Positions 50,601 to 62,979 of a stretch of DNA of 64,000 nucleotides are shown here, piece after piece (positions within the stretch are counted from its first letter, which is position 1; every line of letters begins with the position of its first letter). Made by a program: the position numbers and the translations under genes. Below the pieces are notes generated by a model. The model was not told where the DNA came from. It saw nothing but the letters and a program-made list of their open reading frames with translations, and searched no databases. The stretch covers positions 124,001 to 188,000 of the forward strand of contig MU057560.1 in assembly GCA_013265495.1 (NCBI GenBank), in the 5' to 3' direction. This DNA comes from Vicugna vicugna (lineage: Eukaryota).

Positions 50601-53244
50601 TATATATGGTACACAAAAATTTTAAAAATAATTGAAACAACCACCTATAATAATATAGCCAACGGAACACTGACTTTTCCAGGGGACATTAGATGTATGT
50701 TTACAAGTATAAATATCTTTCCATTCTTAATTATTTTTCAGTAGTGTCAAGGGCCTTTATTGGTTATGATTCATTCTCACTTGAGGACAATGCTATTGGT
50801 GATAATGACACAAATGCCGTTCAGCTCTTGTCAAGTGACCTACCTGTGGAAGCAGAACGCCTGACTAGGGTTCTAACAGGACTGATCCAGTTACATTTAA
50901 CCACAAGGGGGAGGTGTCTGACCTTAACTCTGAGAGATGAAATTTCATCTCTGGCCCTTAACTGAAAGACAAATTGAAGACAAAGCATGCCCACGTGGAT
51001 GCTAGCCTTAGTTAACATTTTATATCTTTCTCTCCCTCGCCTGACTCACAGGCACTGATTTAATGAAAAAATTTAACAGATCCAAATGACTGCAGGACAT
51101 TTTTTGAAAGGTAAACAGAATCATTTGTTGCCTCGGTTGGTGTGAGTGTGCCAGTCTGAAGGACATCGAAGGTGGATGCGATAGGGTGTGTGTGTATGTA
51201 TGTCTGTTTAGTACCTTTTAAGCTGTCATTTAATGCTTATCTTCTTCAAATACCTGGACAAATGCAAAGAAAACACTCAGCTGAGTCAAAAGTGCAGAAT
51301 TATTAATCAGCCCTTGCAAACAAATGGACTGTTTGGCCCCTTTGGTGGGCTGAGTACTCAGCACTGCTGAAACGAAGAATTGTGGTGATGTGGGTGGGGG
51401 CAGGGCATCTGAGTCTTGTCTGGCTGAGTTTATCTCAGCTTCTTGTTTACTCTTCATTACCTTTGAGCCAAAGACAAAATTGCCTTGGAAGGGCACCATT
51501 CTCCTAATTGCTAATACCATCCATTAATCAAAGGCTGGGAAGTCAGGCGTGGGGCCCCCTGGGGACCCAGCAGGTCTGGGCCGCCCAGGTTCGTCTCTGA
51601 TGGCGGCTGACTCTCCTAATATGATCATCAAAAGTGACTTTCCCTGATCTGCCCTAAGCTGCTGAGATACTCTGAGCGCCCGGGACAGCTGTGAAGGCAG
51701 ACGCTGCAGCCCGCTCCGGGGGGCTTGGTGACTCTGTTTAGTGTCTCAGGGGGGCGTGAAGGCAGGAAAACGGGAGCCTGAGAGAGGGGAGCGGGGCCAG
51801 CTCTCACACTCAGGTCAGGAACGACAAGGTGCCCATACCCCCTTCGGAGCTTCATGAATAGGAAACCAGAACATCTAATCCTCCTTTGTTTCCACGCCCA
51901 AGCCTGCTGGGAATCCTACCCCAGACTTTAAAGGAATAACAACATTAAATCGTTGGAAACTTGAACTAGCTTTATACTCAGCGAACACTTGAAAAAAAAA
52001 TGTGCTTCTTCTAGGAGGGCTGCAGTTTGGTCCAGTGATGTGTTCCAGAATGGTTCCTCACATGGACTGCAGTTGGATTTCCTTTTTCTGAACGTCTAAT
52101 GCTGGAGGGCACAGCATCTTCACAGACAATGTAGCTGGGAGCGTCAATGGCTCAGAGGCGATCCTTGATCTGCTTAAGGGATGGAAGCAGATGGTGACCT
52201 GGTTATGAGCATTCTAAACTCACCCTGCTTTTTGTGTTTGTTTCCCAGAACGCACCTTTGTGGAAAGCCTGTCCTCCCACCTTTTAATAAAAATACAGCA
52301 ACTAGCTGCTTTTTGGGGGACAATGACGGATTTGAGAGGGCATCTCACTGCACGCAGAGGCGGGAGACGCATTAAGCATTTTTAGCAGAATGGACGCTGT
52401 GGAGGTCCTGACAGCCGGGTGACGATTTGTTTGTGTTGGACTAAGCAGTAAGTCAGCCGTTAGTCTTTGAGTAATCGTTCCTGTCAGCTTGTTAAACATT
52501 AAAAACAAATGCACTGGAGAAAAGCCATGCCTCTTTTCTGGACGGAGAGTCATTCTGAGGCCAGTTTTCAGTACGTGTGGTCAGTGGTGGTCCTGGGGCG
52601 GGGGAGTGCGTGCTCTCACCTCGGCCGCGTCTGAGGCTGCGCCGGATGGAGATGCTGAACTTCTGACCTGGGAGCCAGGTCCCGCCTTCGGCTTGGTCTC
52701 TAGGTGGTCATAATTCTGGTCGCTGATGTTACAGCACAGAAACCAGTTTTCTTCCTGAGGGCGGCACTAGTTATTCTACTCGTGAGTCTCTAAAGACTGG
52801 AGGAAGAGAGAGTCATTTAAGAGCTGGGAACTGTCAGAAAATTACCTTCTCAGAGGGCTGGGGGCGGGGCAGCTGAGCCCACATGGATGCACAGTCTAGT
52901 CAAACTTACCATACTTCTTGCCTTTCATTTTCCTGGTCTTCGCTCCTTCCCCTCTCCATTGTCCTCTCTTCTTCAGGTCTGTTTTAATTCTCTCTTTCTG
53001 CGGTCCTATTTCACCTTTCCTCGTTCCCGCCTCCAAGTCTCCATTTCCTTCCCACATCTGCTCATTGATCGTGCACTCACGTTGACTTTAGTGTACGTCT
53101 GGGTGTGGCTCCCATGTTCTGTCAAAGTCTTACAGTAATTTACATCAAAGAGATGTTTTATGAAATAACCTGTTCATTCTCATCCAATAATTTCCATGGA
53201 TTACATGTAAAGCAATCAGAAAAGTTATGGAGACTAAAGGTACA

Positions 53245-53335
53245 CTTTTTAAGGGTAGTCAGCTTACAGCGTTGGGTCGGTTTCTGGTGTACAGCGTCAT
53301 GTTTCAGCCACACGTATACATACATGTATTTCAGA
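53245..53335 (-). mobile_element. Short L1 3' tail fragment
   Basis: 'tagtcagcttacagcgttgggtcggtttctggtgtacagcgtcatgtttcagccacacgtatacataca' is similar to the 41304 copy. Confidence 0.7.
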
Positions 53336-56239
53336 ATGTGGGGGTATCTTTCAGCTACCTAAGCTTGCTCTGCAGAGGCCAAGCTGTGTTCTTAAGGCTA
53401 CTTGTTCTGCAGATGGAAGGTGAACAGTGGCTTTCTTCTGCCTCTTTTCAGCTTAGGTTTACTGAAATTAATCAGTTGGTGATCCATCGCTGGGGTGTTT
53501 ATCGTCTCAACACCGTGTGAAGCACATTTTTGCATCTCAATAGAAAGATTATGGCTCAAGAGAGGATCTCCACAGGGACAGACTATATTCCAAACTGAAA
53601 GCGGGGGGTTTTGGTCATGGGATTTGGTTTCCTCTGATGCTACGAAAAGACGTTTGTGAGGACAGCAGCCCCTGTGCTTCTGGAACAAGACACTTAGCTC
53701 TCAACCAGGCTGGAGAATTTCAAAAATATCGCTGGTGTGGGATTCTGTGACCGCCAGCCAAGGCCAACATCTAGAATTTTATTGAATACGTCCACACTTT
53801 CTAAAACCTGTTTTTCTTTGTTGAAATGACTTTTAACCAAAATGTCACTTTTAAAAGCCAGTTTCAATGATCCATCCGTCATCAGGTTCGAATTGCAGAT
53901 CCCGGAGTGCTTTTTCCGACAAACTAAGATAAATATATTCACCGAGAGCTCAGGACAGAGCTCGCAGGAAAGTCAAGGCAAAGGGCTAAAAAGTCTCAAT
54001 ACTGCATCTGTGACATAAATTTCCAGGGAAAATTCATAAATTCTACCAACAACAATCTTACATTCTCATATTTCAGGGGATATTTAGGGATTTTAAATAA
54101 TCTAGGAGTATCAGATCTGTGCTGCACTGGCAGACCTATAAAAATTGATGAGGGGAGACAAGAAAGAGCTTATCTATCCACGGCATATTTTAAATGCAAT
54201 ACATGTAATTTTTTAATGGAAGTTAGACTGTCCAAGATGTCAGTGAGTCATCATAGAAAGAGGCTGACGTGCACAGGATTTTAAAGTCAAATCTGCGAAT
54301 TAGTTACTGTAGCCTCTTTAAAACAATTCAAGTAGAAAATATGCCATAAGATTGATTTTAGAACAAGTGTGTACACTGAGATTCTAACATCTGAAGATGA
54401 ACAAAAAAAGGAGATGTTTATCTTGCCAAATTGGAGACAGAGCTCTAAAACACTAATAAAAAAACGGCAAGTTCCTAGTGTTATACACTCAAATTTGAAT
54501 CTCTGTGCCCTCTAAGTACAGATATGTGTGATATAAAATAACCATTTTTCCTTCTTTAATTACTTACTCACCTGACTGTGAAAGGAAACCCTTGCGTTAA
54601 TGAGCGGCAGCAGAGTGTAGCTGTGAAGTTCTATCCCGTAACCTAAAATCACTCCTTCCAAATACATCGTTGCTCTATTTACTGTTTTGCGTTCAACTAG
54701 TGTTTCCAAACTGTATTTCCTAGAACGTTGCTCTTACGAGGTGTTTGGTGAAAAGAGTAGCCATGTTCTTTTTTCTGTTGCTTACGTCCAACGTGATTTG
54801 GTAACTGGAAATGAATTGCTGCAAGTAACAGGCTCTAAAATAGGGGCAGGTGAAGGAGGCAGGATTTAGCTGGTAAGGAATCTTTTTTTCTTTTTTTTTT
54901 TTTTAATTTCTCCTGGACCAGACCATTGGGAGTCTTTCCTATGTCAAAGCAACACACTTGGCCAAACTCTAGTCTGTGATGACCGCTGACGGTTGTATTA
55001 AGGGGCGTGGAGGGAAAAATACCTGGGTTTTGGACTATGTTGGCTGCCCCTTGCAGTTGTCAATAAGAACCTATGCAAAGAAGTAATCTTAAGAAGGAAA
55101 AAGAAAAGCTCCATGACGTTCCAAAATAAGACCATCGTTGTCTATGAATGGTGTGATTCAACATTTTGTATCTGTTTTTATGGAAAACATTACGATAGTA
55201 ATAGTAACCATCACCAGGTCGTGTAAATGTCTCCTCCAGTTCTTCCCCCAGCCCCTTACCCTCTCTACCCCAATTTAGGGTTCTCTGCTGTGAAAAGTAA
55301 AATCATGCTCATCCTCATTGTTAAGATCCATCTGAGAAGCAGTCTGGATTCAAGAGGGATATTTTTTCACTCAAGGCCAGATTTTTCAAAATGGCTAAAG
55401 ACAGGGGCCAAGATGAAATTAGCAAGTATTGCTCTAAGGCATCAAGGGATGGACAGTGAGCAGAATATTGTTGCTAGCAGACAGGAAAAGTCCACCCTCA
55501 AAACTCTGATCAGGAAATGTCTTAGGTTACAGTGCTAGGTAAGGTCCTTCGGGGAGATCTGAAGCTGTACTTACAGGGACCAGAACTTGGCTAGAAGGGG
55601 CCTATGGTCACTCAACCTAAGACAACCTCTGTGCTGCAAAACTGCAACGATGGGGGATAGTTCCCCAAAGGAACACCTTCCATTGTCGGCAAAGATACGG
55701 CCACAGACGCAGTGGAGAAGGGATGTTGCTCCTGGAAGCTGGCCCAGAGCTCTCTAAGCAGGCAGAGTCCTTGCTGCAGTCACTCCTTGGTACGGGCTTG
55801 ATGCTCCAGGTCAGTGACCAGTACTCCCCTTTCCAAATAGGAGGTTTGGGGTTGTTTATAGTTACCCTATTTTTTTCCCCATCATGCATGTGAACTGTCC
55901 CAGTGATCCATCATTTATTATAATGAGGGGTCTCTAGGCATTAGGACCTAATGAAGAAAGCACAGGACTGAAGTGCCCTAGACTTCAAACCGGACCTAGT
56001 AAATAAGGCTTTGGGTGGCCTAAGTTTTGAAAAGAGATGAGTGCCTTTGTCTAGGTGTGTAAGCCTTCCTGAAAGGGAGTGTGTGCAAAGTAGCAGGTGT
56101 GGGAATCCTGGGTGAGTAACAGGACAGACTTTAGTGGACATTGTTACTTGATGCAGCAAACACTTCCTCTTTCTCCCTTCCAACCAGAATCTCAACTTGC
56201 TTTTAGAATCTACTCATTTTCATAAGATCTCGTGTGTCC

Positions 56240-56660
56240 CAAAGGAAGGTGTCCTTGGAGTGAGCTAGACTGATTGAAGGATAATTCCACTTCACTAACT
56301 AGTAGGAGGAACAGGCATGAGACCCAGTGTGGGCCAGTGATGACAACCAGGAATTCTTATGGGTGCTTCTGGAGGGTCTCTCTTTATCTTGCTAGGACCT
56401 CCTGGAAGTGACCTCTTCTGGATTTCTTGTGGTGGTGTGTTACGTAAACACAAGGCTAAAGACGACGTCAGCTGTCTTGCTACCAGCTTACTGGCCGAAA
56501 GAAAGGGACAAAGATGAAGACATCTTGAACCAGAGCTACTGGATCAGGTTAATGTGGAAACCCACCTTACATTTCAGTTTCACACTGTGCCACTTCTCAT
56601 GGCAGAAGCCTGCTTGAATTCGTTTTACTGTTATTTGGAGACAAAAGTATTGCAAGTGAT
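56240..56660 (+). mobile_element. Old MLT1 (J/K-like) LTR
   Basis: 'ggcatgagacccagtgtgggccagtga...cagctgtcttgctaccagc...ctactggatca...tactgttatttggagacaaaagtattgcaagtgata'. Confidence 0.65.
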
Positions 56661-57198
56661 AGGGCTTAAGTGAGACAATTGTCCCCACAGGAGCCTCAGG
56701 TGGTTAGTGGACGCATTGAGGGGAAGGAAGTAAGAGCGTAAGAGCATCACCAGGGAGGGAACAGCACAAGGAGGGCAGGCAGGGAGACGGAGGGGCAGGG
56801 GTGTGCCTTTAGCCGCCCCGCCTTAGTCCTTGTGCAAAGCGTCAGAAGGTTAGAATCACATAATCTCAGCGTGGAAAGCCCTAAAATGTGGCCAGTAAAC
56901 TGGCACTAGTTTAAATACACTGTTTAAACATGGTTAAATGCACTGGTAGTATGTTTTTAAATCCATGTTTCAAGTATTTTTTATTCTATTAAGTCAGTTT
57001 CCATTTTTGTTTGTTTGGGCTTTTTTTGGTGCTTTTAAATTGAATATTATAATGTTTTATGCTTAATTTCTTCATTTGGCAAAATAAGAAAGTATACAAT
57101 CACATCAGCTAGCTCTAATTTTATGATATATGGAATTTCACTGGTTTGGGAAACTCACGGCTAGGTATTACCACACGAGTTTGACATCCTTTACTCAT

Positions 57199-57592
57199 TG
57201 TGATGGTTTAATTTTATGTGTCAACCTGCCTAGGCTAGGGTGCCTAGTAGATTGCCCAAACACCAGTCTAGATGTTGTTTTGAAGGTTTTTTTTTCTATG
57301 TGATTAACATTTAAATCATTAGATATTGAGTAAAGCAGATTACACTTCATTGTGTGAGTGGGCCTTATCCAATCAGTTGAAGGTCTTAGAGAAGAGACTG
57401 AGATTCCCCTAAGAGAAAGGGATTCTGCCCTTAGACCTGCTTTGGGCCCAAGACTGCAGCATAAACCCCCGCCAAAGTCAGCTCCTGCCCAGCCTGTTGG
57501 TTCTCCCCTTTAGATTTCAGACTTGCCAGCTCACACAATCACGAGGCAATTCTTTAAAATAAATTTCTCTTTATATATATATATGTATATTT

Positions 57593-57632
<40 letters not shown>

Positions 57633-57704
57633 CATACACATATACACACACACACACACACATACACACAGGTTCTGTTTCCCTGGAAAATTCTGACTAA
57701 TAAA
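57199..57704 (+). mobile_element. MLT2B-type ERVL solo LTR
   Basis: Starts 'tgtgatggtttaattttatgtgtcaacctg', contains 'gggccttatccaatcagttgaaggtc', and ends 'ggttctgtttccctggaaaattctgactaata'. Confidence 0.93.
57572..57670. repeat. Compound (TA)n(TC)n(TA)n(CA)n microsatellite inside MLT2
   Basis: Read directly from the sequence. Confidence 0.95.
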
Positions 57705-58129
57705 TTGATTCTTGAATATTCATTCTATTAACTAATGTCATTTAAGTCCTTACCAAGTGAAAAACACTCCACTCAAGACAACTGGAATAGAAAAATCGTG
57801 TGCATTCTAGTGTCAACACGTGCCGTGTGATGCGACGTGAACTGCAGAGGTGAAGACAAGCTTCTATTTCCTGCTAGACAAAGGCTCCAGACAAGTCAGG
57901 AGTGCATCCTCAGAGGAGGTGACTGAGCTAGGCTTTGAAGGATGAGAGACGTCTATCAGATGGGGGAGGAAAGGAAATTCTTCTCAAGAGTAAACGTGTA
58001 TGTTGAACCTCCGTTGAAGTGTCTCCCGTGTGATCGGCCGTCACTAACTGCAGCCACCCCAGTGACAGCTCCCGTGACAAGCAACTTCTCTTCAGCTGGA
58101 CTGAGAACCTCCTTGCCTAACGTCTTCCA

Positions 58130-58330
58130 GTCTGGTTCTGGTCTTGTCTCGAGCACGTGCTGGGCACGTGGCTTTGGAGTGGCCGTGCCTTCCTCCGGAG
58201 ATTCACCTTCCTCATCTGTAAACGCGAGTAAACCGCTTACCTTATGAAGCTATAGTGAATGCTAAATCAGACGTGTATTTAAAATGCCTAGAAAACATTA
58301 GGTCATTGAAAAATGTTAGTTTATTTCACT
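58130..58330 (+). mobile_element. MIR SINE
   Basis: 'ttcctcatctgtaaacg...cttaccttatgaagctatagtgaatgctaaat...aaatgttagtttatt'. Confidence 0.75.
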
Positions 58331-58535
58331 TCATTCTAGTGCTCCTTCTGGGGTCAGACAGAGCAAATCTATTTCAAATCTATAGAAGAACCTTTCATAA
58401 AATGGTGTATTTATGAAGAGAAATGGGAAAATGGATTAAAACCCAATGTTATATAACATTAATAACTTACATAAAATATAATTATTGCATATATTATTAA
58501 CATTGTATTAATACATTGATATTAATATACTGTTG

Positions 58536-58539
<4 letters not shown>

Positions 58540-58587
<48 letters not shown>
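58540..58587. repeat. Perfect (TA)24 microsatellite
   Basis: Counted directly: 48 nt, uninterrupted. Confidence 0.97.
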
Positions 58588-58591
<4 letters not shown>

Positions 58592-59239
58592 AAAAATGAA
58601 TACAGTTAACAACATTTTTCTGTCTGAATATGATACTGCCCAGGGTGTGAGCCTGATAACAAGACAGATTCGTATAAAATTATGAAATCATTAAAACAAA
58701 CACATACCTCGCTTTCTATCTCAGTTCAGTGAATGACGCCTATTGGCAGATGGTGTCTTTTTCACTCACAATCAAAACTACTTACATTTAGAGCCCTCCT
58801 TGCCTTATGCTGAGGAAGAAGCAAGTATGTTTCCCTCTTGATGCCACAAAAATTTGTATTTTAGAAAAAAATGCCTTTTTTAACATTAGCAGTCGATTAT
58901 TCTAAAAGGTACAAATTACTCAAATCATCTCTAATCTTCCTAAGATTAAACAGTCACAAGCTGGTCAGAGAAAATGAGAAAACTTAAATCTACAAAGTCT
59001 GATTTGTGGACAGTACTCTATAGAATTAGTGATTTTCATTTTTTTTAACAGGTTGAGGCATCGGCAAATAAAGATTAAAAAAAAGGCAGCTGGAACTCCC
59101 CTTCTTAACAATGTCCTCGATGGGTAGCGACCTCTCACCCGCTCATTAGGGCATCCTAGAATGTGTGCCTGTAAAACATCCGCCTAACGAACACACAGAC
59201 ACACAGTGCAGAATTACCAGAGGAGGAAGGGGGCGCAAA

Positions 59240-59382
59240 ACGGGTGAAGGGGCTCAACTTGATGGTGATGGGTGGAAATGAAATTTTTGGTGGTCAGCAC
59301 GTGGCAGCATACACAGAAGTAGAAATATGCTGTATGTCTAAAACTTATGTAATGTTGTAAATCAAAGTTACCTCAATGAAAA
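59240..59382 (+). mobile_element. L1-family 3'UTR end fragment
   Basis: 'atggtgatgggtggaaatgaaatttttggtggtcagcac...aaacttatgtaatgttgtaaatcaaagttacctcaatgaaaa'. Confidence 0.75.
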
Positions 59383-60853
59383 TATCGTTCATGCCATAAA
59401 TACATTTTCTAATGCCCTTAGGGAATATTTACATTTCAGACTTAAATTTTTAAAATTTTACTTGCCTTAGTCTTTAGTCAATTCTTGAAGGTTTCTTAAA
59501 CTTGAACCATATTATTTCTGAAGTTTTAAAATACAAACAAACCAGAATTTACATTTTACTGGCACCCTACTGATAAATTCTAGCGATAACTACACACATA
59601 CACAGACACAACATACTACATACTTTGTACATATATACCTAAATATATATACATATATATGTATAAATGTACATCGAATAGTGTCCCTAGGAAATTTCAA
59701 CAAATTGCTATTCATTTGTGTTTTCAAACCATAAAACCTGTATCAGTATCTTTCCAGTGTCACCCTTGGGGTTTCTTTTCATTGTCACCCTTCACTGAGC
59801 AAAGGAGCACATTTTAAGTGCATTTATACAATATGGATTTGCATTTAAATTTTGAAAGGCCGTTTTAAAGACAGAGTCACACTGGAGACGATCAGCACTT
59901 CTAACAGATGATCGTGGTGAATCTGGGTTGTTTCTGATGGTTTAATTAGCTTCCAAATGGTAAATGTGCTCATTTTACTCAAGTGACTATTGAAGAAAAT
60001 GAGTCCTAGGATTTGCCTGGACCAGGAATGGCGGCCATGGTATGTCTGTTATCTCTTTGTGGCACAGCTCTTAATAGACTAGTTTGGAAAGATTTTACGC
60101 TTTTCTTTTGGGTTCATATGCAAACCATATTAACTTGAATCTCAGAACACAAACCAGGTGAAACTTTTCACTATTAAAAATTTAATTTGAAATACAAACT
60201 GTTTTTAGTAGGCAGCAGGGTATTAAATTCTTTAACTTTCATAGTCAAATAAGCAAAACAAATAAACATAAAACTCCTGGTTTAAAAACACCCGAACATC
60301 CATGGAGATTCCCGCAGAAGCAGCAGTCACCTGGAAATGGTCTGTTTCACTGATTTGTCTTTTCAAGATAATGCGTGAATTTTCTCAGACAGAGGGTGTT
60401 ATCAATAACGTAGAGGGGAGGGCTCTAATTGTTAGCAGACACCAGGCTGCAATTGCTTACCTGGGAGCCTGGGCAGACTTCCAGATATTAATTTCTGTGT
60501 TTTGGAACCTACCCCCCAACCCTTCAGTGAGTTCTGGTGTAGCATTCTGTGTTCAAACACTTTACTTATTCATTTTTAATTTTTTTAGCTTTTAATTTTT
60601 ATTTCTGCAGGAAAATATACCCACATCCGCCCTGAGAGAGATGAATAAGGACTATACATAGTCTCAGGCAAGCTGAGGTCAGGTTGCTGTCAAATGGGTT
60701 CCAAAATGTCCTTTACATTTTCAGACTTTTTTGAAGTTAGGACCCTGAATAAAGCATCATGTCGTATACTCATGACAGGACTGATCCACCGCACCTCAGG
60801 ATGTCTCTGAAGAGAGGAGGCCCTGCCACGAGGTGGTCTCAGCCCTGCCCGGA

Positions 60854-61045
60854 CAGTGACTCCTAAAGCAGAGATACACACTGGGATCATCTGTGGAGGC
60901 CACCCTGCACCCCTACTCATAGTAACTGCCCCTGAACTCAACTCCAAAGTCACTGAGCCAGAAACTCGTGGGAATGGACCTGGGGACATGTAGCTGAAGG
61001 AAACACTTAGGACTCTATGTGCACCTCTGAAGCTGGTAGACGTGG
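60854..61045. mobile_element. Degraded MER5-like hAT-Charlie MITE
   Basis: 'cagtgactcctaaa...ggatcatctgtggagg...cactgagccagaaactcgtgggaatggacctgggga' resembles the MER5 layout. Confidence 0.45.
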
Positions 61046-61699
61046 TCTCCATACACAACAAACCCCAAGTCTCAGCCTGGGTGAATAAATTGAGCCCATC
61101 CCATGATAGTATGGAGCCTGACATGCTCCATTAATGCACACATATCTTTTGTCGAAACTATATATTATTAAGAATTTCCAGTCTCTTTAGGGAACATTTT
61201 TATTTGAAGATGTCATGGAAGCACACACGCTCAAGTATTTGTTTGGTGCAAACAGAACCAAGGAAAGAAGGACAAATGAGGCCATCACAAAGCCATTCAA
61301 TTAGAATGCAGTAGTGCCCTGATCAACACCCACGGGATCTGCTTTCTCTAACTGTTGGAACTTGGTGGTAGTAATAATAACAGTAATAAACAATAGTAAT
61401 TGAAACTGAAAGGATATTTAAACAACCAAAGATTTAATTACTTCAGTGAATGATTAACATGAAATTATAATGTTGTACTCACCGTAACGTATCTTCTCAA
61501 TGGGAGAGAGCAGGATGAGAGCAAGAAATCTGTAGAACGGATATCAGAAACTTGAAGTGTAGGGTTGTCACAATTACCTCAGCAAAGGATTGTGAAAGCC
61601 TGAGGACTAAACATAGTTATGGGGAAGGAGACATTATGCATAAATAAATGCTTTGGAGCAAATCCAAGGGGCAGAGCTGACCTGGCACCTGGCTAAGGA

Positions 61700-61940
61700 G
61701 GTGGTCTAGGGTACTGGATAAAAGGGAGGGCTCTAGAATCAGACAGTCTGGGTTCAGACCTTGGCTTTTCCACATGTACTTGTGTAATCACAGGAAAATT
61801 GTTATCATGGTAAACTTTAGTTTTCTCTCTTTAAACGGGTAATGGTAATAGTTGATGAACCTGTCTCAGAAGGCAGCTTTGAGGAGTGAATGCCAATGTA
61901 GATTGACAATCCTCAGTCAAAATCAGGTGTGTAGGAATGT
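61700..61940 (+). mobile_element. MIR SINE
   Basis: 'gggctctagaatcagacagtctgggttcagaccttggct...tgtgtaatcacaggaaaatt...tttgaggagtgaatg'. Confidence 0.85.
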
Positions 61941-62016
61941 AAATATCTTTGCCCCTTAACTTAGTTTAATTTTGACTGTATGCTTGTATTCAGCAAACAT
62001 ATTAAAAACTTAATCT

Positions 62017-62145
62017 CTAAATGAAAAAGACATGAAAAAATATACATACATAAAAACACTGAATCACTATACTGTGTGCTGGAAACTAACACAATATTGG
62101 AAATCAACTATGCTTAAAAAAAAAAAACTAAAAAAATTGGTTAAA
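62017..62145 (+). mobile_element. Short younger L1 3' tail with 13-bp TSD
   Basis: 'actgaatcactatactgtgtgctggaaactaacacaatattggaaatcaactat' plus an A-tail. The TSD aaaa(a/c)cttaatct is at 62004-62016 and 62146-62158. Confidence 0.88.
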
Positions 62146-62979
62146 AAAACCTTAATCTTGTGAGAGTTGCATCTAATTTCTGCCAGCTTTAGGAAGTCCC
62201 ACAGAGGCAGGAGTGCAAGATTGTCTGATCCTTGGCCACCTTCCTCTGTACTGGCATCTACTTGCAATACCCTTATTCCCACTTGGTCTTCTGGGCTCTG
62301 TTGTGCTCTTTCTTGTTCCCTGCAGGGATTTACTTAAATGTTATTAACTCTTTTTGTCATATCCATGCTTTTTTTTTCAAAAAAGAGAAAGCATTCTTTA
62401 TTTTCTAGACCTTTAGATGCTATGAAAAACTATTCTCTTTGGACATTGATTATTCTCTGGGTTGATTTTGCTGTTCTCTGAGGCTCTCAGGGTCATCTGC
62501 TAAATCTAAACACACTACAGGCCATTTATTCCGCTCTCAATTTTCTGGGGGCAAGGGATTCATGGTTCTTGCTCCTGCTTGGTTTTACTAAGGGCCGAAA
62601 CATGTGGCCACTTTTCTATTAGTCATTCAAACCAATTTTTTCATTCTGCAACCAAAACTTAACATAGAGGGGGAGAAGGAAGGCAGTGGGGTCACTGTGC
62701 AGGGAACAGCCAGCATTTAGCTTCTTTACTTTCCCTCTGAATTGCTCTTCTCCTATGGACCCCAGAATCCTTGACTTGTCTAGTATCCAGGGGAGTGGGA
62801 GGTGGTTCTGGCTGATCACATGATCCCTCTGCCCAGAGTTCCACTGGAATGTGAGATTTTGAAATATAGAAAAAGAGATTGTACCAAAAAATATTCACTC
62901 ACCATCATTTTTAGGGAGAAACTTTGAACTTTTTTTTTTTTTAAGTTTAGAAAGAAATCAAGAGTACTTAATGCTTGGA

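Noticed and set aside
51670..51695. REST/RE1-like site (ctgagcgcccgggacagctgt)
   Set aside because: Mismatches at conserved left-half and terminal positions make it too weak to call.
60690..61124. 144-aa minus-strand ORF or processed pseudogene
   Set aside because: No recognisable homology, no poly(A) or TSD, and it overlaps a MER5-like relic.
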